Part shown: piece after piece, positions 58,264 through 64,000 of the stretch | How the letters are laid out: each line of letters opens with the position of its first letter | Numbering within the stretch: the stretch's first letter is position 1 | Assembly (NCBI GenBank): GCA_041690135.1 | Contig: JAWLHY010000002.1 | Span: 192,001-256,000, forward strand | Direction of reading: 5' to 3' | Length of the DNA: 64,000 bases | Origin: Armatimonadota bacterium | Lineage (GTDB): Bacteria > Armatimonadota > SYMT01 | Notes under the pieces: generated by a model | What the model was told of the DNA's origin: nothing | The model's input: only the letters and a program-made list of their open reading frames with translations | The model's database searches: none | Translations under genes and position numbers: made by a program

Positions 58264-58521
58264 GCGTGGTGGTCTTTCTGCGATGTCTACTGCTACATCG
58301 GCGGAAGGCCCCCCGGGTTGGGCCGCCCGTTCCGTCGTATTCTGGTTCGGTTCCGGTTGGCCGGTCGTCCCGGGTTCGGCCGGAGAGTGTACCCCGTCCA
58401 TGAAAACCCCGCAGGCGCGTCATCGAGAAGTGAGGGATCAATCCCACTCAGGTTTCCCCCCGCGAAGGGGGTGTAAACCCGGTCGCTCTCCTCGATTTAC
58501 GTGCCAATTGGGAAAGCTGAA

Positions 58522-59946
58522 TTACGTTCCGACGGCCAGGTATTGTAGCCTGCGGAGCAGCAGGCTGTCCACCACCTGTTCCCAGGTGTACTGGGCAGCC
58601 GTCTGGCGACCGTTGGCGCGCATCCGTTCGACGTCCGCGGGCCGGGAGAGAAGGTCGACGATGGTCGCCTCGATCTCGCGCGGGTCCTCGGTGTCCAGCA
58701 TAATGGCGTTGTCGTAGGGGCGGGCATACTCTTCACCGGTGGCGCCGGTGAACACCAGTCCCTGCGAGGCCATCACTTCCAATCCGACCAGCCCGAACGG
58801 CTCGCGGCCGCTGTTCTGCAGCATCGCGTCCGCCACCCGGAAGAGCGCGCGCGACACCGGCTCGGAAAGATAGAAGCGGATGTTGAGCATGTCCGCGCCT
58901 TCGGCCGCGTCGAGCAGGGTGCGCATCAGGACATGCGGGTCTTTACTGTCGGTCACCACGTCGCGGACAACTAGGTCCTGCGCGATCGCCCGCTGGATCA
59001 CGTCGTGCCCGTGCGCCTCCAGGCCGCCCTTGGCGACGAAGAGGACCGGCAGCCGCTTGCGCTTGAGCCCGGCGGCCGCATCCACCGCCATCAGCCACCG
59101 CTTGTCGGGATCGAAGCGGGCCACCTTGCCCACCGTCAGGCGGTCCTTGAGGCGCATTTGTGCCATCTCCGCGAGTTCATCCACCAGCGGGGAAGGCTGC
59201 AGCCAGCGGGCGGGGATGCCGTTGGGGATCACGATGGGGTTACAGCCCCAGTTCCACATCTCGTGCTTCATCCAGCGGCTCACACAGGAGATCGTCTGGG
59301 TGAAGCGGAGGCGGCCGAAATCGACCCGTTCGAAGCCGAGGGTGTTGTTGGCGTTCCACACCATCACGACCTTATCCCGCAGGCCGGCTTGCCAGAGGGC
59401 ATCCGAGATGTCGCACGCGGTGTCGGCCGTGTGCCACTCCTCGGAAAGGATCACCACGCGGCGGCCGCGGGCGATCGCCGGCTTCACGCGCTGCTCGACG
59501 ATGTGCTGGGGGATGCTGCCGCGGAAATCGTGCAGCTTGGCCTCCTCGCCGTCATACACCCCCATCGGGTGCTTCTTGCTCAGCCACTGCGACCACCGGT
59601 GCAGGTAAAGACTGGAGTCCGCCACCCGCTCCATTGCCGGGGCTTCCGGGTCGCCGATGAAGTAGTAATGCGTGTCGAAGCCGCGCGCGGCGAGGGTGCG
59701 CGTGAGCTCGGTCATCCGCACCCCCAGCCCGCCGGCACGGCAGTAGGGGTCCGGGCCCTCGAAGCTGAGGATTACGAATTCCGTATTGTCGGGGTTCAGC
59801 TCCGGCAGGAAGTCGACCGCCGGGTTGAAGAGGGGGCTGTGTCCGGAGCCCTCCTGGACAAGCGACCGGGAGGCCATCGCGTGCCGTGCGGAGAAGCTGG
59901 CCGGGCTGGCGGGGATCGGTTCGGCGAGCACGGTGCTGGCTAACAT
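58522..59946 (-). CDS. GT-B (GT4 / glycogen-synthase-like) glycosyltransferase
   Basis: RAGGLG, EEWHT, IPNG, EPFGLVGLE, YTW. Confidence 0.9.
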   Translation of the reverse strand: MLASTVLAEPIPASPASFSARHAMASRSLVQEGSGHSPLFNPAVDFLPELNPDNTEFVILSFEGPDPYCRAGGLGVRMTELTRTLAARGFDTHYYFIGDPEAPAMERVADSSLYLHRWSQWLSKKHPMGVYDGEEAKLHDFRGSIPQHIVEQRVKPAIARGRRVVILSEEWHTADTACDISDALWQAGLRDKVVMVWNANNTLGFERVDFGRLRFTQTISCVSRWMKHEMWNWGCNPIVIPNGIPARWLQPSPLVDELAEMAQMRLKDRLTVGKVARFDPDKRWLMAVDAAAGLKRKRLPVLFVAKGGLEAHGHDVIQRAIAQDLVVRDVVTDSKDPHVLMRTLLDAAEGADMLNIRFYLSEPVSRALFRVADAMLQNSGREPFGLVGLEVMASQGLVFTGATGEEYARPYDNAIMLDTEDPREIEATIVDLLSRPADVERMRANGRQTAAQYTWEQVVDSLLLRRLQYLAVGT

Positions 59947-60502
59947 CAAAAGACTCCCAAAGGGACGCGAAACATGAGCGGATATGATGACCCGGAGACC
60001 GGGGAATTCCGTCCGGCCAGCAACTCTGATGGCGCTCCACGATAGCACTCGGCGAAGGGGGCGCTCGCCCGTGGGCAGGCGCAAACCCATTACGAAGCTA
60101 CGGTGTTAGTGTAAAGTCAGGACGTTAACGGGAAGCTACCGCTTTATTAACGTCTTGTTAAGACTGTTCGCCGTCCTGTTTCGCTGAACGGGACGCGCTC
60201 GATCCAACAGGGTCTGGCCACGCGGCGTTGTGCCTGGGGAGCAGCGCAAAACCCAGCGGGGTGCGATCGGGCAACATCATTGTTGCCTGTTTGGAGAGCC
60301 CGAAAACCTGTTCTTTTTCCCGTCTTCGCGGATTTCTATGCATGAAACCGGAAGCAAGCGAGGGGGCTCTAAGTCACCCGTCAACCGTCATCAGAATGCC
60401 CGGTCTACAGGGGCAGTAAACTCCCAATAAAGTAGATAGAATAGAACCCGATGTCAATGCCGATCTCGTCATTTTTCCGCGAGTGAGGCGGAGGGCCATG
60501 AG

Positions 60503-61087
60503 ATGAGCTGGGTGGAGATTATTGCGGACCGGAAGGTCCGGGATGCACAGGAAGAAGGGGTATTCGACAACCTGCCGGGCAAGGGAAAGCCTCTCAACCT
60601 GGAGATCGATCCCCGGGTGCCGCCGGAACAGCGAGCGGCCTACCGCCTGATGCGGGAGGCACAGCTACTGCCGGATTGGATCCAGATCGACAAAGACATC
60701 CGGACCCGCCTGGAACAGTGGGAAGCGCGGGTGGAGCAGTATGCGCGAGGCCGCGAGTTGGACCTGAAGCGTCTCGAGACGTCGCCGGGACCCCAGGCAC
60801 GGGAGACCATCGACCGGCTGCGGGAGCGGTTTCTCGTACAGGCTACAAAGAGCCTGCGGGAGATCAATCGCCAGATCGAGCGGCTGAACCTGATCGCGCC
60901 CACCCCGGCGCAGCAGAAGATCCGGATCGACGTCGAGCAGCGGATCGTCGCGCTCGAAGAACGGTTCCCCCGGATTCTCGCCCCCCAGGGAGATGCGCCT
61001 CCAGAGTGGCGAGCCCTGCTGGACGACAGGCCCACGGGCGCGGCCAATCTGGGTAACCGCATGCCCCTGCGGCGGCGACGGCTGTGA
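60503..61087 (+). CDS. DUF1992 domain protein
   Basis: IADRKVRDAQEEGVFDNLPGKGKPL, LPDWI. Confidence 0.9.
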   Translation: MSWVEIIADRKVRDAQEEGVFDNLPGKGKPLNLEIDPRVPPEQRAAYRLMREAQLLPDWIQIDKDIRTRLEQWEARVEQYARGRELDLKRLETSPGPQARETIDRLRERFLVQATKSLREINRQIERLNLIAPTPAQQKIRIDVEQRIVALEERFPRILAPQGDAPPEWRALLDDRPTGAANLGNRMPLRRRRL

Positions 61088-61125
61088 GGATAAAGATCGT
61101 GAGGATAAAGATAAGGATAAGGAAC
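61086..61125 (+). repeat. (GATAAR)n hexamer tract
   Basis: GAGGATAAAGAT...GATAAAGATAAGGATAAGG from the stop codon onward. Confidence 0.7.
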
Positions 61126-61258
61126 TGGGGGCCTGAGGATTAGGAGTTGGGGGCGGGATGATGAGGGTTGGGAGATGAAAAGCAGGCTCAGGGGTTGAAG
61201 ATGGGGAGATGCGGAGGCGGATCTGGGGCCGAGAGGGTGAGGAAGGTGGGGAGCAAGC

Positions 61259-62212
61259 GTGGCGGATTATAAAGATTTGAAGATCTGGCAGGAGGCGCTG
61301 TCGTTCGCCGAGCGCGTGCAGCGCCTTGCGGCGGGATCGAAAGCCCCGGAGGCCCGGAGCACGCTGGGGCGACTTTCCGATGCCGCCGCGGGCGTGCCGG
61401 GACGGATCGCGCAGGCGTGGAGGCGTGCTCAGGCCGGCGAGGATCCGGCCGCGTTGCTGCAGCAGGCGGAGAGCCGCTTGTTGGACGCGGAAACTTACCT
61501 GCTGCTGTCCGTACGCCTGGGATACCTGGAGCAGGAAGCGGTAAACCGAGTCCTGACCATTCAGGCTGGGCTTCTCAGTCATTTGACGGCCGCGGATTGG
61601 ACCGGTCCGGCGAACCAGGCGAGTTCGCCCACGGCGGTTGAGCTGTCCTCTCCAGCGCCGGCTCCGCGTGTCGCGTCCGAGGCGCCTCGTCGGCCACGGC
61701 CTTCCCCCCAGTTGGCCGAGGAGTACCACGAGCCGGTCGATCGCCTGGTGGTGGACGGCTGCAACTTCCTGGGCTGCGCCGCCGGCTACTCGTTGGGCGA
61801 CGAGCGGAGCCGGGACCGGCTGCTGTTCCGACTGCAGGAGTACGCCCGCCGGCATCCCGCGCACCGGGTGGTGGTTTTCTTCGACGGCCAGCGAGCCAGC
61901 CGGCGCCTCACCGCCGGCGTGGAAGAGCGGGTCACCAGCGGCAACCGGCCGGCCGACGACGTGATCATCGACTTCCTTGATGGTCTGCCACCCCAGGACC
62001 GCCCGCGGTGCACCCTGGTCACCGATGACCGGGAGCTGGTACAGCGGGCCAAACGCGTGGGCACGCGGGTCGAGGGAATCGGCGACCTGGCGGGGAAACT
62101 CGCGCGGCATGCGTCCGGCTTCAAACAGCGCGAGGATGGGTTGAACCAGGGGGCGCTCGCGGAGTGGGAAGAGTTCTTCAGCCACCCACCCAAGCGGCCC
62201 GGCAAGGGATAA
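61259..62212 (+). CDS. Four-helix-bundle (23S rRNA IVP/Avd-like) domain fused to a NYN/YacP-like PIN nuclease
   Basis: YKDLKIWQ...ETYL...RLGYL; Pro/Ala linker; VDGCN, FFDG, ADD, VTDD. Confidence 0.85.
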   Translation: MADYKDLKIWQEALSFAERVQRLAAGSKAPEARSTLGRLSDAAAGVPGRIAQAWRRAQAGEDPAALLQQAESRLLDAETYLLLSVRLGYLEQEAVNRVLTIQAGLLSHLTAADWTGPANQASSPTAVELSSPAPAPRVASEAPRRPRPSPQLAEEYHEPVDRLVVDGCNFLGCAAGYSLGDERSRDRLLFRLQEYARRHPAHRVVVFFDGQRASRRLTAGVEERVTSGNRPADDVIIDFLDGLPPQDRPRCTLVTDDRELVQRAKRVGTRVEGIGDLAGKLARHASGFKQREDGLNQGALAEWEEFFSHPPKRPGKG

Positions 62213-62217
62213 ACACT

Positions 62218-62625
62218 ATGAATCAGGACCTGGCGCGGGAGATGCCGACGTGCGTGGCGATCATCATCTGCAATGAGGTGATCGAGGATAAGTGGACCAA
62301 CAACAAGACGCTGGTGGGTCTGTTCAACAGCGTCGGCGCGCCCACGCTGCCCGCCAATCACCCGCGGATGTTCATCATGGCGTCGCTGACGGATGGGCGG
62401 GGAGAATGGCCGTTCGTCCTTCAGATCGAGGGGCCTTCGGGCCAGCCGCTCTTCAAGGCGGAAGGACAGATCCGCTTCGAGAACCCGCTGGTGGTCCACG
62501 ACCTGGTGATCGAGGTCCGCGGCCTACCGGTGCCGGAGGCGGGTGAATACCGGGTGGAGCTTCGCTGCGGGAACCGCCCTCTGTCCAGCCGGCGGTTCAG
62601 CGTCGTGCAGCAGCAGGCGCAGTAG
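62218..62625 (+). CDS. DUF6941-like beta-sandwich protein
   Basis: IIICNEVIED, KTLVGLF, PEAGEY; 5 bp after the previous stop. Confidence 0.75.
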   Translation: MNQDLAREMPTCVAIIICNEVIEDKWTNNKTLVGLFNSVGAPTLPANHPRMFIMASLTDGRGEWPFVLQIEGPSGQPLFKAEGQIRFENPLVVHDLVIEVRGLPVPEAGEYRVELRCGNRPLSSRRFSVVQQQAQ

Positions 62626-62648
62626 CTTCCTGTCGGAGGAGGCGTAGC

Positions 62649-63146
62649 TTATGGCTGCGCCTCTTTTTCCGCCGACAGCTTTCCGGTGAGGCGGAGCGCC
62701 TTGCGGACCCTCGCATCGCCTCGGGGATCCTCGCCTTTGAAAAAGTCAGCCGAGGGGTAGCCCAGTTGAATGCGGAGCTGGTTGGGCGCGAGCTTTTCGT
62801 CCGCGGCCCGGAAGCCGATCAGGACGACCGGCGCGTTGAAGCTTTTCGATGAGATCACGCTGGTCAGGATGCCGCGGTAGACGGGCTTTCCCCCGACGGC
62901 GAGGGTGAAGGGAACTCCCGAGGCGAGCTCCCTACTCCGCAGCAGCCGGGTCGAAAGGCGGTCGATGACTTTCGGCGCCAGTGTGAGGGTGTGGTCTTCC
63001 CAGTTGTAGGCGCGGATCTGGTTGGCGGCGATCAGCACCTGGCCGTCGGCGGTGCGGAGGTCGACGGCGGGCGGCGGGGCAGCCATCGCCGGGATGGTCG
63101 TGAGCCAGATTGTGGCAAGTAGCGGGATAGGTTTCGAGGTGATCAT
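62649..63146 (-). CDS. Secreted hypothetical protein
   Basis: SD GGAGA, signal peptide, YNWEDH, GYP, DPR motifs. Confidence 0.7.
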   Translation of the reverse strand: MITSKPIPLLATIWLTTIPAMAAPPPAVDLRTADGQVLIAANQIRAYNWEDHTLTLAPKVIDRLSTRLLRSRELASGVPFTLAVGGKPVYRGILTSVISSKSFNAPVVLIGFRAADEKLAPNQLRIQLGYPSADFFKGEDPRGDARVRKALRLTGKLSAEKEAQP

Positions 63147-63154
63147 GGTCTCTC

Positions 63155-63222
63155 CGCGACCCTGAACGGTCGCGCTACGGTACTGCACGCTGCCCACACC
63201 CCCTCGGGGCGTAAACCTGCGT
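63155..63222 (-). repeat. Composite TTTAC hairpin + GTAG REP
   Basis: 27-bp identity to 152-178, then GTAGCGCGACCGTTCAGGGTCGCG. Confidence 0.8.
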
Positions 63223-63578
63223 GGGCGCCCGGTCCACATTTAGAACGGCGGTTTGTAGGACAAGGGGGTTGCCGCGACCCTACCCTCCGCACCGCCATCC
63301 CACGCCGGCTTTGCAGAACCTACCACGGAACCCCTGGCCGGAGGGAACTCCCTGGATCACAGGCCAGGCACGTACACCAGGGGGATTGCCACGCCCCGCA
63401 GAGGACGCAACTCGCATCCGAGGGGTTTGCACACCAAAGCGTATCCAGGTTGTCACGGGTGGTCCGGTCGGGGCTCGCAATGACGCCATCTAGTTCTGCG
63501 GAAGCACCCCATCTGCGTGCGGTTTGCGCGCAATTGTCCTGGGTGTCCCCTAATAGAGACGGTAGAACCCAGCCGGGG

Positions 63579-64000
63579 TTACGGGCCGGAGGGTGGGGCG
63601 GTGATGGCCGCGATCAGGGCTGCTGCCCGTTGGGGATCGATGCCGCGGCCAGCGATGCCGTTGTGGGCGATGGCGCTGCCGACGATGGCTCCGTCCGCGA
63701 TGGCCAGCGCTTCCGAGGCGGTCTCGGCGCTGATGCCGCTGCCGATGAAGAGGGGGGCCGCAGGGAGAGCGCGCTTGAGGAGATCGACCCGCGCGAGATC
63801 GGTCGGCTTGCCGGTGCCGCTGCCGGTGACCACCAGGGCGTCGGCGAGGCCCCGGTAGTAGAGGTCCTCGGCGGCCTGCTGCAGCTCCGTGCCGGGAAAG
63901 GGGGCCGCGTGCTTGACCCACACGTCGGCGAAGATCGCCACCTCCGCATTCAGGCGGGCGCGGAGCCGGATCGTCTCATGCGCCTTACCGGTTAGGAGGC
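63579..64000 (-). CDS. BtpA/SgcQ family protein (5' part outside the window)
   Basis: IFADVWVKH, ADALVVTGSGTG, IGSG, ADGAIVGS. Confidence 0.9.
   Translation of the reverse strand, partial: LLTGKAHETIRLRARLNAEVAIFADVWVKHAAPFPGTELQQAAEDLYYRGLADALVVTGSGTGKPTDLARVDLLKRALPAAPLFIGSGISAETASEALAIADGAIVGSAIAHNGIAGRGIDPQRAAALIAAITAPPSGP

Noticed and set aside
58522-59946. BshA/MshA partner for the BshC-like orphan
   Set aside because: It is 50 kb away, embedded in a glucan cluster, and carries a glycogen-synthase-like motif
60075-60110. c-di-GMP riboswitch-like GCAAACC wording
   Set aside because: No supporting stems or downstream consensus
61259-62212. Diversity-generating retroelement (Avd-like domain)
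   Set aside because: No reverse transcriptase and no template/variable repeat pair visible

Overview
GC-rich bacterial chromosomal window. The gene content suggests Armatimonadota or a PVC-like lineage (DUF1501/DUF1549-1553 pairs, DUF1080 proteins, an outer-membrane barrel); this is inference, not a marker-based call. It holds about 50 CDS and one tRNA-Gln(TTG). Recognisable loci include a DUF488-RecQ fusion head-to-head with a reversed RES/Xre toxin-antitoxin pair, a bphO-bphP-hybrid kinase light-sensing operon, queD, glcDEF, a STAND-type adenylate cyclase, SRAP, a split transketolase, a Ycf46-type AAA ATPase, mnmG, and a GT4-USP-GH15-glgP alpha-glucan cluster. It also has a four-helix-bundle/NYN nuclease fusion and a 744-aa orphan with distant BshC-like motifs. 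No CRISPR array, integrase or transposase is seen. The most striking non-gene signal is a dense population of short-period tandem repeats (6-, 7-, 8- and 15-mers) and REP-like palindromes. They sit at gene boundaries and in two cases lie in frame inside conserved genes (mnmG and a PSD1/cytochrome gene). A TTTAC-footed hairpin element recurs throughout the window. Family assignments come from motif recognition by eye; no searches were run.
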